DNA of 64,000 nt from a virus: positions 78,705 through 142,704 of IMG/VR virus record IMGVR_UViG_3300025009_000054; one strand, written 5' to 3'. Of this stretch, positions 27,177-39,100 are shown in pieces. Below the pieces are notes generated by a model. The model was not told the origin of the DNA. It did no database searches and saw only the letters and a program-made list of their open reading frames with translations. The position numbers and the translations under genes are program-made. Every line of letters begins with the position of its first letter. The first letter of the stretch is position 1.

Positions 27177-29021
27177 TTATAAAAACCACGCAAGAGCAGA
27201 TATGCCATTTGTAATGCCCTGTGTACCTTGATACCCTTGATATCCTTGTACCCCTTGATATCCTTGCACACCACGCAATCCCTGATAGCCCTGATTACCT
27301 TGTACACCCTGGTAGCCCTGATTACCTTGTACACCCTGGTAGCCCTGATTACCAGTTTCTCCCTGCTGACCAATAACACCTTGGTCACCCTGTACACCTT
27401 GGTCACCCTGTACACCTTGGGGGCCATTAGGCTCACCCTGCGGACCCTGTATTGAATCACCCTGAAATCCCTGATCACCTTGTGTTCCCTGATCACCTTG
27501 TGTTCCCTGAAATCCCTGATCACCTTGTGTGCCCTGAAATCCCTGATCACCTTGTAGTCCAACATACCCCTGGTCGCCTTGTGCACCCTGGTCGCCTTGT
27601 GCACCCTGGTCGCCTTGATCACCTTGTGCACCTTGGGGGCCATTAGGCTCACCCTGCGGACCCTGAGGTCCAATCCCACCAAAGTCTCCTTGTACGCCCT
27701 GGCTACCTTGTACGCCCTGGCTACCTTGGTATCCATTATTACCTTGTACACCCTGTACACCTTGATTGCCCTGTACACCTTGATCACCCTGAAATCCCTG
27801 AAATCCCTGATCACCCTGAAATCCCTGATCACCCTGAAATCCCTGAGGACCACCAGGATCACCTTGTAAACCCTGAGGACCACCAGGATCACCTTGTAAA
27901 CCCTGAGGACCTTGAGGACCATCGATGCCTTGATACCCCTGGTCACCATTTATACCTTGGGGTCCACTTGTCCCTTGTGGACCCTGGACACCATCGTTTC
28001 CTTGTGGACCCTGGACACCATCATTTCCTTGAACTCCAATACTACCCTGTACACCCTGTGGACCACCGTACGCACCCTGGTATCCCTGAAGTCCACGTAC
28101 ACCCTGGTATCCCTGTGCACCTTGATATCCCTGGTACCCTTGGTATCCACGCACACCTTGTGTACCCTGTGTACCTTGTGTACCCTGTGTACCTTGTTCG
28201 CCTTGTCCACCACGAAGTCCTATGCCAGTATCACCCTGAGCACCCTGAGGACCTTGTATTCCCTGTGGAGTGGCATTTTTAAATAATTTCAGTGTACCAT
28301 CATATACAAGTGATTGACCATTTGTAGGCGTGGTCACCTGAATTCCAGCTAACGTAGTGATATTGATAGACTTGGGAACAATCTTGTCAGTTGTAATAGT
28401 ATTAGCAGCAATCTTAGATCCAGTAACTGTCAAATCTGATAGATGCCATCCATATACTGAACCAGGTGGATGGTCAATAATCGATTTTCGTCTATGTGAT
28501 ACCATACCACGCGTATAATTAATATTGGGAACTGAATCCTCAACACTATTAAACGCTACCATATTTGATGTCGCTACAGCTTTTGCTAGTAATACACACC
28601 CAGGCACAACATTGCCGGTATTATTTGTATATCCTAACCAATCCCCATTAGTAGTAGAAGATTGTGTAGAACTCTCAACTATCTTGGCATATAGATACGT
28701 AGTGGTACTTAATGGTATTTCCCATCCGTCTCTTTCTACAGAATTATATATGTATACACCATCAGCTATAGCATCTAGCGATTGTATACGTATTTTCATC
28801 GCGGTACCATCACTATTGCCACCAAAATATAAATTACCCATGGCGATGATAGCACTGGAGCTAGATGTAAAATTACACATACTCCTTATCGATAGAGATA
28901 AGTGCGAGTCTATAATTTTCGATATTCTTTGTTCTTCAGACTCACTACTAAGGTCACCATTAGACCAAATTGGAATTTTTAGTTTTAATGTTTTATTACT
29001 ATATGACATTATGGACCACAC
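27177..29021 (-). CDS. Long collagen-like (Gly-X-Gln) fibre protein
   Basis: About 250-aa N-terminal domain followed by about 350 aa of nearly continuous QGx triplets. Confidence 0.85.
   Translation of the reverse strand: MWSIMSYSNKTLKLKIPIWSNGDLSSESEEQRISKIIDSHLSLSIRSMCNFTSSSSAIIAMGNLYFGGNSDGTAMKIRIQSLDAIADGVYIYNSVERDGWEIPLSTTTYLYAKIVESSTQSSTTNGDWLGYTNNTGNVVPGCVLLAKAVATSNMVAFNSVEDSVPNINYTRGMVSHRRKSIIDHPPGSVYGWHLSDLTVTGSKIAANTITTDKIVPKSINITTLAGIQVTTPTNGQSLVYDGTLKLFKNATPQGIQGPQGAQGDTGIGLRGGQGEQGTQGTQGTQGTQGVRGYQGYQGYQGAQGYQGVRGLQGYQGAYGGPQGVQGSIGVQGNDGVQGPQGNDGVQGPQGTSGPQGINGDQGYQGIDGPQGPQGLQGDPGGPQGLQGDPGGPQGFQGDQGFQGDQGFQGFQGDQGVQGNQGVQGVQGNNGYQGSQGVQGSQGVQGDFGGIGPQGPQGEPNGPQGAQGDQGDQGAQGDQGAQGDQGYVGLQGDQGFQGTQGDQGFQGTQGDQGTQGDQGFQGDSIQGPQGEPNGPQGVQGDQGVQGDQGVIGQQGETGNQGYQGVQGNQGYQGVQGNQGYQGLRGVQGYQGVQGYQGYQGTQGITNGISALAWFL
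27220..28265. repeat. Degenerate 9/18/27-bp tandem repeats encoding Gly-X-Gln
   Basis: For example repeated CCCTGATCACCTTG and CCCTGAAATCCCTGA units. Confidence 0.9.
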
Positions 29022-29257
29022 ACCTCTCCACTATTGCCACAGATCGCTATGCCACAGATCGCTATGCCAGTACCGGTACCAGGCAATATATCCACTGGGA
29101 TTGGTACAAAAAATAATTGTGAATTGATAGCCGTAATATCATCATTATGAGATTGACTAATACTAGTAGTAGAATCAGTATCAAGCGACACGGATTTATT
29201 TACGATATCTATCATACTATCTATGCGTCTTTTTTCATATATTTTAAAGATACGCAT
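29009..29257 (-). CDS. Small tail-associated protein
   Basis: MRIFKIYEK...; C-terminal [11 protein letters not shown] from a 15-bp tandem repeat. Confidence 0.6.
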   Translation of the reverse strand: MRIFKIYEKRRIDSMIDIVNKSVSLDTDSTTSISQSHNDDITAINSQLFFVPIPVDILPGTGTGIAICGIAICGNSGEVCGP

Positions 29258-29262
29258 GAAGA

Positions 29263-29427
29263 TTAGCTACTTCCCTTAAAATATGTCTGAGAATTCGCAG
29301 CGGTCATTTTTTTGCCATATGTACGGTTTATGGTGGTACATAGGTCAGTACGATGCCCAATAGTACCGTTAATAACCTCATTAGCCTGTTTACTATATTT
29401 TTTCTCATAAATCTTATACTGTCTCAT
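29263..29427 (-). CDS. Small protein (54 aa) with an N-terminus similar to the downstream gene; not in the ORF track
   Basis: AGGAG RBS; MRQYKIYEKNIVKQANEVIN... to TAA at 29263. Confidence 0.62.
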   Translation of the reverse strand: MRQYKIYEKKYSKQANEVINGTIGHRTDLCTTINRTYGKKMTAANSQTYFKGSS

Positions 29428-29436
29428 GTCGCACTC

Positions 29437-31848
29437 CTAATATATGGGATCATACGAATATATGGGGTCAACCCATTCGCCATCAATACTGTGCGTATAT
29501 TCTTTAGATTCAGCATTAGATAAATCGTACGATATGCTAATGATGCGGAATCTAGGATCACTAATTACACTTCCTATACCATCATATGCACCATTAGTAA
29601 TTGGTGTATCTATGCGGGCAATGTAATACGGAAAGTACACACCGCCAATTATGGAGAGTCCAGTCATAGGTCTTGGCCTAGTGGCACGCGAGAAGATATT
29701 GTGTGCTATATTACTAGTAATCTCTGGTGATATAAATTGCACATTTTTCATTATGTGCCACCTATACCACGGCATATAATTAGATACTGATGCATCCGAT
29801 AAATTCGCCTTCACTATAGACATAATAGGAGTGATGTGCTGGAAATCCAATCCTTGTACCATTATTGCATTTTTAACAAAACTGGTTGGATATTTTACCG
29901 TTATTGATTTAAGTAGCTCAGTATAATCAGTAACGGCATCCTCAGTTAGTGTACAATCGTACGCATTTGAATTTGTATTATCCCTATATAGCGGATTAGT
30001 ATCATCCTCAGGTGACTGATATATGAGATTGCCCCAATTATTTATAAACATCCATGACATGCTCCATGTGCGGATTTGTTGCATGCAATCATAAATAGGA
30101 ACTGAGTCTTCAAATTTGTACATTGGGTTATCAGTCCACGACATACTCGGAAGTATTTTATGATTACATTTCCCAATAGAGCATAATGAGTCAACTACGC
30201 CGTAGTGATCGCGTATCGTAGCATACTGACCAGTTACCTGGTCTTGCCATGCTAATAAGCCTGGTGCTAAATCTGATGGATCATCTTGGCACCCAGCATG
30301 ATATCCAAGTTGCAATATAGCCCACAACTCGCATGTTCCATCGAGTGGTGGTATAGCTATAGCTGGTGTGTCACGCAGTATCGCCGCAGCATCAAGTAAT
30401 TGCCAAGAAACATCGGCAGTAGAGTCATTATGTGTATATTCTGGCTCCCAAATCCAACCAGTATAGATACGCACAGTGTCATATCCTGCATATTCGCCGG
30501 TATCTTCATCAACAAAATGCCATCCAGCGTCTACATATATACGCTTTGCACCAGATAGTCCAGTAAATTTACCATCAGGGTTTTGATTACTAAATGTTAT
30601 TGTACCATTATATCCTTCGGTATCAGCCCTAATATTTAGACTTGTAACATCAGCGCCACTAAGTGATGGAAGCTCTGGCCATTCTATATCAATAAATTCA
30701 GGACCTTTATGTAGGTTTACTCCCCAAAACACCGGACTATATATACCAGATGTTGACATGCCCATATCCACTTGATAGTATACACAGGTTTTATCTCCAA
30801 CCATCGCATTTGTACCACTAGCTGAAAAAGTACCATCGCAATTAGATGAGTACACACCCCAGTCTGCATTCATATCAAAGTCTGATTGAGAAAAGTCATG
30901 TGGTATATATGGTGATAAGATTTGTCCACCAGTAACAAATCTTATAGGTAATAGTGCTATCATGGCGTCAGTGTTATACAGTTCAATTATCAATTTATAT
31001 GGTACGCTACTATTGATAGCTGGATAATCTAATCCGTCCTCAATAGCGGGGTACATATTATTTGTATTCCAATTATAATCAGTGCACTTATGGAACCACG
31101 TCGATTCCCTACTATGATCAAGACCATTTGATATCTCTATAGTATCCCATAGCGTACGAACCACTAATGTGTCGGTAATACCAACATTAAACATATCGGA
31201 TGGACCAACACTGACTTGATCGTATATACCAGTATCTCCATTAAACTGGAATAATGACGGTGCCTTTGTTTGGTATAATCCAATGCACCATTCGGATACT
31301 CCTCCGAAATATACATACACTACTGTGTTATCGGGATCTACACCACGCTGTGGCACAAATCTTTTAATCGACAATGCAAACCATTCACCCTCTTGAATAG
31401 TATAATCTGTGGATATATACCTATATCTATTACTGGATAGGGCATCATCATTAGTATCAGACGATATTATATGAGCGAATTGTGCACCATCACCAATAAC
31501 ACTTTTCCACGTACCATCACCATCCCATATAACAGTATCATCAGCATCAGCATTTGATGGTAAATCTATACCGCTAAATGTGTTGTCATATCCGTGTATA
31601 TACGATCTGAGATGCATACCACCAGTAATCGGATCATACTCAAAATCGCGTGTCATGTCTTTGTCGTTACAACTATCAAAGTATGCATTGTCATACGACA
31701 CAAAGAAGCCACCATCATCGCGACCTATAGATAGGCCATTCCATATGGATCCGGCAGCATCGTGCCTACTCATACCATTTCGGATGCATGCCTGTGCTGG
31801 ATTAGCCCAACCGACATCAACGCATGGAAGAGAACGTACTATACTCAT
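29437..31848 (-). CDS. Tail tip / hub-like structural protein
   Basis: 803 aa in the tail module; C-terminal half has hub-like features (WMFINNWGNLIY, VKNAIMVQG, FRIISISYDL). Confidence 0.6.
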   Translation of the reverse strand: MSIVRSLPCVDVGWANPAQACIRNGMSRHDAAGSIWNGLSIGRDDGGFFVSYDNAYFDSCNDKDMTRDFEYDPITGGMHLRSYIHGYDNTFSGIDLPSNADADDTVIWDGDGTWKSVIGDGAQFAHIISSDTNDDALSSNRYRYISTDYTIQEGEWFALSIKRFVPQRGVDPDNTVVYVYFGGVSEWCIGLYQTKAPSLFQFNGDTGIYDQVSVGPSDMFNVGITDTLVVRTLWDTIEISNGLDHSRESTWFHKCTDYNWNTNNMYPAIEDGLDYPAINSSVPYKLIIELYNTDAMIALLPIRFVTGGQILSPYIPHDFSQSDFDMNADWGVYSSNCDGTFSASGTNAMVGDKTCVYYQVDMGMSTSGIYSPVFWGVNLHKGPEFIDIEWPELPSLSGADVTSLNIRADTEGYNGTITFSNQNPDGKFTGLSGAKRIYVDAGWHFVDEDTGEYAGYDTVRIYTGWIWEPEYTHNDSTADVSWQLLDAAAILRDTPAIAIPPLDGTCELWAILQLGYHAGCQDDPSDLAPGLLAWQDQVTGQYATIRDHYGVVDSLCSIGKCNHKILPSMSWTDNPMYKFEDSVPIYDCMQQIRTWSMSWMFINNWGNLIYQSPEDDTNPLYRDNTNSNAYDCTLTEDAVTDYTELLKSITVKYPTSFVKNAIMVQGLDFQHITPIMSIVKANLSDASVSNYMPWYRWHIMKNVQFISPEITSNIAHNIFSRATRPRPMTGLSIIGGVYFPYYIARIDTPITNGAYDGIGSVISDPRFRIISISYDLSNAESKEYTHSIDGEWVDPIYSYDPIY

Positions 31849-31851
31849 ATC

Positions 31852-34800
31852 TTATGTACTCCATGAACTACCATTAGTGGAAATGCTAACGTGTGGAATT
31901 CCTTTATCATCATAGTAGGCAACAGATATTGTATTTGATGGTAATATCTGTATAGAAGGTGAGTGCATCATGGTTGGAGTGTGAACTTTACTATTAATAT
32001 TTACACCATATTCACTACGTGGCATATCCACGTACCATACCGTATTATCACTTCTAATAACATCAGCAATATGTATCGATCCACTATTAGTATCGACGGC
32101 AATATCAGGTGCAAGATCTGTTGTGCCAATTAGTACAGGTGTACTCCACGTAACACCACAGTCAGTACTGATAATTTTGTATAAATCGTGTGGAGCTTTA
32201 TTTACAACTTTTGCATATACAGCAATTATGACATTTTCTTTAGAATTATACCATAGTGATGGTTTATGTTTAGGTATATCACCACTCACTAAGGTTAGGT
32301 TATCAATACCATTGGCCATATTGTGATCAGAAATAGAAATGGTGCCCCAATACAGTTGATAAGTACTCTTACTGTATAGCATTAGCCCAATCTTAGCTCG
32401 ATCAGGTATATATACTGCACTAACACTATCGTACCCTTCGCACAATACCTTCTTATTAGTATTACGCCAAGTTGTTATGTTGTGGGAAGTATTATATGAA
32501 TATATCACTTCTCTGGTATCATAGTCTACGTATATTAGGCATTTACCGTTAGACCTATCAATCATAATATTTGGGGATATATACCTACTAGTATCAGCTA
32601 TGGTTGTATCTTCCTCTATTTTATCATGATCATCAATAATACATACAGATAGTCCGTCATCTTGATTGATGTAATATAACTCATTACGTCCATTAATCCT
32701 AACATGATCAATAGACATTCCTGACAATCTAGGTCTAAAGTTAATAACCATCCTAGTATTGTGCCTATCGAAGTGAGCTAATGGTTGTACAATTCTACCA
32801 TTACAGCTAATGCCATATGCTGCTGGTATCCTATCAAATTCATACTGCCCAGAGTTAAACGTTTCAGTATTACCAACACTACTACTATAATGTACTCCTG
32901 AGTAGTATGTGAGGGATTCACTAGTGTCTGGATTATATAGTCCCATATTCGGATCGTATAGAAAATCGTCAAATGCATCATCTGGGTACACTGGAATAAA
33001 GAAGTTACTCCAATTATCTACTGATATACCACTGATACTCTCAACAAACAATCCGCTACTAAATGATGGTGTAAGTACGCTTCCATCATCCATGTTTACG
33101 CCATTGTCGTATGCGTGCCCATATATCTTACCCTGTGCAACGCGTGTGAAGTAGAACTTTAATACCCCACCTGTAGATATGCCATCACCATATAATGCAT
33201 GGGCAGTTGCCGATGAGTATTTTGGTCTTACATACACACTCATACTTGTATCTATGGAAGCATCATGTGGCCCCATGCACATTTCAACCGGTGCAATATA
33301 GTTTGCGTTATCATATGAGATTGGATAACTATCATAGTAACTACCTAAAGCTTCTTCAGGATACGATCCATTTGATGGGTTAATATCAAATGACGATATT
33401 GGTAGTGTTGTTATGTTTTCAATACTACGTATATCATAATCATCAAAGGTTACTATGCCACTATATGGTATATAATATGAAACGGGATCATAATTAATGC
33501 CATCGCCATAGTCATTTCGATCAAGATATGTAATCGCGTACACACCAGATGTATCGGGTATATATGTATGAAAATCCCACCAATTTCTACCATCAACACA
33601 GACTGATATTGTAGGCATTGGCACCACGTCTCTACTACCGATAATATATTTATTAATATCAAAATCATCAAATTCTGTGGATATCGGATATGCCACACCG
33701 CTGACATCCACAGGTGCATTATTGTAATTATCGTTGTAATGGTATACACCGGACGAATCGATATTACTACAACCAGCAATGACGACATTATTATTCGACA
33801 CGGTACTACCAGTACCATTAACGTACTTACTAATATCACCAGTAGATTTAGCCACCATTGACTTAAAAGTATATTCCATGCCTGGGATGAGCCCATCGAA
33901 GAATATGCCGCTTATATGTCCAATACCCCACGACCATCGTAGGTAATCACCAGGCCAATTCTGATCATGCAGATTATTTGATACTGGAGCATCTTCCACA
34001 TATCTATTTAAAGGTCTAATTTGCTCAATCAATGATGTTATATAGTCAATATCATCTGGAGGATTTGATGGCATATACGTATCTATATTAATACCACTAC
34101 CACTAAATTCTAGATACCATGCCTTTGGTGTGTCTCCAGTACATAGTACTGGAGCATGCGCTTCATATATTGTACCACCACCATCAACTGGAAAATTATA
34201 CACATCGCCATTTATCGATGAGTAATATGTATAATATGGGTGATATTCTGTTGAATTAACCCATTTCATTTTCTCTTTATTATCAACTAGTGGTGGCCAT
34301 TTATATTTTAATCCAACATCAGTAGTTGATAACACACATGACGCCCCATCAGTAGCATCAACATCTAACTGCCACCATCTATGTGGTGGCATATATGTGG
34401 GGTCGAAAGTTCTATGTATTGACCCATGTGGACCAACATCATGCACATACAGACCACTACTTGTATAATCAACTACACAGTCAACACCTGACCATCCAGT
34501 TGAGAAATCTTCGATTGTAATATCACTAGTATCAACTTCGAGGTCGTACATGTGGAATGATTTAGGATACGATAGAAGTACGTCCTTATTTGACGGCATG
34601 TTATCAAATTGTTCAGGATTTAGAAGTTTTAATCCGTACGTATGTTTCCCTAGTGGTTCATAAACACCATTTTTTAACACACACCACCCTGGCTTATGTT
34701 CCCAACTATAGTCAACTTGATCAACATCGTTAGGGAATACACCATCATATCTGTATGTATCATCATCTTCACGATATACTAAGAATCCTGGTGTTACTGA

Positions 34801-36123
34801 TAACGTACGACCCTGATAATTTGGTCTTTTATCTACGTGTATTTGGAAATATGGTTCCGGAGTAAACACTGGAGATATATTACCACGCCAGTGTTTACTA
34901 TCAAAAATATCAATGTAATGTGGTGTAGCTTCCGGTGTACTACCATCTATATTCTTAAGGTCACCAATATATTGATACGACGGTGGTGGGGTTACTGGCC
35001 ATTTAAGATTTATACCAATTCCATTATGTTCAATATTGGTCCTTACAAAACGACTGTATTGGTACCAACCAGTACCCGTTTGCGTTCCATTTATCTTGTC
35101 CCACGATATATATTGGCGTGGTATATCCTGAGCATATGCTTCACAAGAAATGACACCATCAATGACTCTAGCATTACTATCCATGCCAGCCATTTCGTAT
35201 GTCTTACCAGCAGTATTCCATGAAACATTAGATGATGAGAAGTTAGCCGTAGCACTACTACCATAATTTCCGAGGTAATCATCAATATCTATGGTTATGG
35301 TCTCACCACCGATTATAAATCTATATAAATGTGTTTCAGCAAAATCACCGATTGGTATATAATCTAGATTTGGTGGAGGGTCACCAATTGGAAGACCTGG
35401 ACCATAAAAAGTTGGACCATCTCCATCGCTATTGACTTTATGAACATATGGTTCTCTATATATACCATTTACGTAGAAACAGAACGACACTCCTTGACCA
35501 CAATCTACCCCTATATCTACTTTTGGTGTTAAAATACTAGTAACATCCACAAATGGATTTACACTGGATCCACCGATATCCTTGAGCTTTGGCCCACTCA
35601 TAGTTAATATATATTTAGTAACACCACTTCCAAATGCAACATGTATCGGAATACCAATCGTAGCGTTGCTATTATATTCAGACCAGCTAATATAATTTAT
35701 AACTAGATCTTGCCAGTCTTTTAGTGCTGTCCAATATGAACCATAACCATCAGTAATCTCTGCTATATATTTATTAGGAAATGATATTGTACATGATTCA
35801 TATATAGTGCCTCCACCACCACTACCGTATAATGCCCTAGTATCCTCATCTAATCTTTTTTTATCATGATCACTTAGTCCATTGTAATATAAGTAATGTT
35901 CATAACTAGTATGTATGCTCAGGTAGTTTGTATTTATTACCGAGCTATATAATGAGTTTAGTAGGTTACAATTAAGGTATCCCCTACCACCAATACCACG
36001 CGTTACCCTACATACTATACCATGGCCAGCATCATAATAAGTTATTGTTTTATTTGGTGAGTAACTAGTATTAAATTCATAGCTGAACATAGAGCCTGTG
36101 CGCCCAGTTTCAAAATACGGCAT
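31852..36123 (-). CDS. Large tail-tip / receptor-binding protein with C-terminal Asp-box propeller
   Basis: 1423 aa directly after the tape measure; Tyr/Asp/Gly-rich; STDCGVTW and STNGSSW BNR-like motifs. Confidence 0.6.
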   Translation of the reverse strand: MPYFETGRTGSMFSYEFNTSYSPNKTITYYDAGHGIVCRVTRGIGGRGYLNCNLLNSLYSSVINTNYLSIHTSYEHYLYYNGLSDHDKKRLDEDTRALYGSGGGGTIYESCTISFPNKYIAEITDGYGSYWTALKDWQDLVINYISWSEYNSNATIGIPIHVAFGSGVTKYILTMSGPKLKDIGGSSVNPFVDVTSILTPKVDIGVDCGQGVSFCFYVNGIYREPYVHKVNSDGDGPTFYGPGLPIGDPPPNLDYIPIGDFAETHLYRFIIGGETITIDIDDYLGNYGSSATANFSSSNVSWNTAGKTYEMAGMDSNARVIDGVISCEAYAQDIPRQYISWDKINGTQTGTGWYQYSRFVRTNIEHNGIGINLKWPVTPPPSYQYIGDLKNIDGSTPEATPHYIDIFDSKHWRGNISPVFTPEPYFQIHVDKRPNYQGRTLSVTPGFLVYREDDDTYRYDGVFPNDVDQVDYSWEHKPGWCVLKNGVYEPLGKHTYGLKLLNPEQFDNMPSNKDVLLSYPKSFHMYDLEVDTSDITIEDFSTGWSGVDCVVDYTSSGLYVHDVGPHGSIHRTFDPTYMPPHRWWQLDVDATDGASCVLSTTDVGLKYKWPPLVDNKEKMKWVNSTEYHPYYTYYSSINGDVYNFPVDGGGTIYEAHAPVLCTGDTPKAWYLEFSGSGINIDTYMPSNPPDDIDYITSLIEQIRPLNRYVEDAPVSNNLHDQNWPGDYLRWSWGIGHISGIFFDGLIPGMEYTFKSMVAKSTGDISKYVNGTGSTVSNNNVVIAGCSNIDSSGVYHYNDNYNNAPVDVSGVAYPISTEFDDFDINKYIIGSRDVVPMPTISVCVDGRNWWDFHTYIPDTSGVYAITYLDRNDYGDGINYDPVSYYIPYSGIVTFDDYDIRSIENITTLPISSFDINPSNGSYPEEALGSYYDSYPISYDNANYIAPVEMCMGPHDASIDTSMSVYVRPKYSSATAHALYGDGISTGGVLKFYFTRVAQGKIYGHAYDNGVNMDDGSVLTPSFSSGLFVESISGISVDNWSNFFIPVYPDDAFDDFLYDPNMGLYNPDTSESLTYYSGVHYSSSVGNTETFNSGQYEFDRIPAAYGISCNGRIVQPLAHFDRHNTRMVINFRPRLSGMSIDHVRINGRNELYYINQDDGLSVCIIDDHDKIEEDTTIADTSRYISPNIMIDRSNGKCLIYVDYDTREVIYSYNTSHNITTWRNTNKKVLCEGYDSVSAVYIPDRAKIGLMLYSKSTYQLYWGTISISDHNMANGIDNLTLVSGDIPKHKPSLWYNSKENVIIAVYAKVVNKAPHDLYKIISTDCGVTWSTPVLIGTTDLAPDIAVDTNSGSIHIADVIRSDNTVWYVDMPRSEYGVNINSKVHTPTMMHSPSIQILPSNTISVAYYDDKGIPHVSISTNGSSWST

Positions 36124-39100
36124 TACACTGTCCCACCTGCCACTTGATACCAGTAGGCTTTCATAGCCTCACTATCGAGTGTAAGCTTGCCAACCTTTTG
36201 GGAGCCTATCTGAACGTCTATGGAATTTGACCCAGATGGCATATGCTGTTGTGTATTACTAGATTGCCGACCTACCGGTGCAAGTTGCATCTGTAATTCG
36301 CCACCTTGATTTCTAATATTCTGCATTTCTTGAAAATCAGGTGTAGGCAGCGTTATTATAGTCTGAACATCGGGTTCATTGTAGGTATATCCACTATTAC
36401 GGTTATCACTTATTTCCTGAGACCCAGGTACCGACGACGGTATAGGCGCAGATTCAGTAGGAATAACATTGTTTATGTCCTGACCAAACATGTCATTAGC
36501 GGTATCTGTAGAGTATGCGGTGTTTCCAGGCTGTACATAACCATTAATGCCCCACGCTTGTCCTACAACGTCTCTAAATTTATCGACACCTTCTTTAAAC
36601 CTGTCAGCAGAATTCTTCTCTATATTTGCTGTAGATGCTTGTCCACTCAATAAATACTTAAACGAATCATTGAGTGTATCTGTTACTCCATTATCCTTCA
36701 TCATGCTAACAGCTTTATCATAGAAACCCTTGTGCATAGATGTGTATGAGCCGATACCTCCGCCATATTCATCCCTAGATTGTTTGTATGGGTAGAATCC
36801 GGAACCTAACATCTGCCAGTTAGACGCACCAACTGGCATAGTATATGTTCCACCATCAAGCTGCATACCTTGTTCGGTTATCATAGATGCCCACGATTGT
36901 CGAACATAATCTATTTGATTGTATAGACCCTCATATTCCCCACGAAGTTCCTTAACCCTATCTCGCCATTGCGATGACCCCTTTGCACCATTCTGCTCCA
37001 TCTCTTTCATGACATTCATGATCATGTGCATACGGCGATTCGTATCATCGATCTGTTCATACAGAATTGGCATCTGTTCGGTTGCTGGTCTATGTTGAAT
37101 TTGCATCACTCTAAGTTGAGTTTGTCTAAATTCAGATATATTCCGTTCAACATCCATATTATTTTGATATCGGAGGGCAATCTTTTGTCTCTCTATTCTG
37201 ATAAGGTCCTGCTCACCAGCATATATCTGCTGTCTGAGTGCAAATTCCTCAGCAGCAGTATGCACTTGTGATTTCATTACCTCAAGCTTCTCTTTATTAT
37301 TCTTAAGATCACGAGTAGTTAATGATACACCCTCATCAATCATGTCGATTTGCTTGCGTATATCGACACCAAATATTTCCGATGTACTAATGCGTTCCTG
37401 CAAAAGACCCTTCTCAAATCCAATCTTTTGCGAACGCATCTCATATGGCACGAGAGCAATACGAGCCTTTAGCTCAGCTTCCTCTCTATCTATCTGCAAT
37501 AATCTTTGCTTAAACTGAAATACTTCCTGAATACTGTATCCATACTCTTTCCAGTTCTTAATACGATCTTGAAGATCATTACGCTCTATTTGATTTATCG
37601 CTGACTGTTCCTTACCGTATTTAACGATATCTTGCCATGGTGCTGGTCCTTTACCGGAACCGTAATCTTCAAACGCTTTACCCCAGTCACGTGGGGCATT
37701 TTCAGATTTCCATTGTTTATATTGAGCCTCAGCACGTGGAAACTCAACCTTTTCAGTCATTTTCTGTTCGCGCTCAAGATTACGAATTTCCTTACCAAGT
37801 TGCACAATGTTCATGGACGTATGCATAATACGAGTATTCATCTCCATAAGTCCTTGAACGTCATCTGGACTTAATTTATGGGCTTCCTCACGCAGTAATG
37901 CAAGTTGTTGTTTTGCAATCTTAACCGAGGCAGATAAAGCATCGGATTGACCCTTCCAATCCCCACCAATGGTGCGCTCTCCACCAGGAATAGCCCATTT
38001 CATCTTGTAATCACCTTCGCCAACTTCACCTTTACCTGGCATACCAAGTTGAAATGTGCCACCACCGCGTCTAGCCATATCATACATAGAAGAAGCTACT
38101 TCAGATTGATTTTGTAATGTTGGGTATAGAATAGTTTTAAGGTTTTGTATCCATTCGACCATCATACGAGATTTATCAAAACCTTCTATGCTAATACGGT
38201 TGCCCCTTTTATTCATTTCTGCTACTGCAGCTTTATCATCCATTTGAATAGAATTGAATGATTTTTCATAATTCTTAATATCCGCACCAGCGATAGTTTT
38301 TTTCATGCGGTCAGCTACGGCTTTTAGGAGTTCAGGATCTTTATCACCTACCATTTTTAGTGGCACAGGTTGAAAATCTCCAGGTTGAGTGCGCCTGAAC
38401 CCAGGTTGAGGACGATCCTTACTAATACGCTCTCTTTCTTCTTCTGTTATTTGATGTTTAACCGATTCATATCGCGCCTTAAAATCGTTAGTTTTACTAG
38501 AATAGCTATCTCTTTCAATCTCACGAAATTTCTCAATTTGCGATTTGTACCACTCAAATTGTCCTTGTGGATCTTTTGGCATTGGCTTACTACCCAATTC
38601 ATTCAATTGGGCATATTTGTGAGCTATTCCCTGTTTAAATTCTTTTAATGCATCGCCAGCAGCTTTAGTTTGACTTCTAAAACTAACTATTCCGGCTATT
38701 AGCCCGCTAATAGCCCCAATAAGTAACCCCCAATATCCAGTGAACGAAAATGCTAGCGCTGTTGTTGTACCAACACCTACACCAACAGCAATAGCGCCAC
38801 CAACAGATGGCTTTTGTTTCTCTCTGGCATTTTGCATAACATATGAATTTGCCATATATGTAGCAAACCCAGCTAGTAATGCAGGACCCATTGACCTCAT
38901 AAATTGAGCTCCAGACTCACCCCTAGTCATACCGGTACCTAAGCGTCCACCAAACATGGTAAATGGGTCATTTGGATTTCGTATTGCAAAAAGCCCTCTC
39001 ATGCTACCTAATGCGACCCCAAGTTGTCCTGGTACTAATAATCCTGGTAAGGCTGACAATGCTGGTGCCATCCCAACTCTTCTTGCAGCCATAAGTCCAG

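Noticed and set aside
27161-28286. Alternative-frame ORFs (27161-27949, 27950-28213) and a CRISPR-like appearance of the repeats
   Set aside because: The repeats are degenerate 9-bp-multiple collagen codons without unique spacers; the other frames are open only as a by-product.
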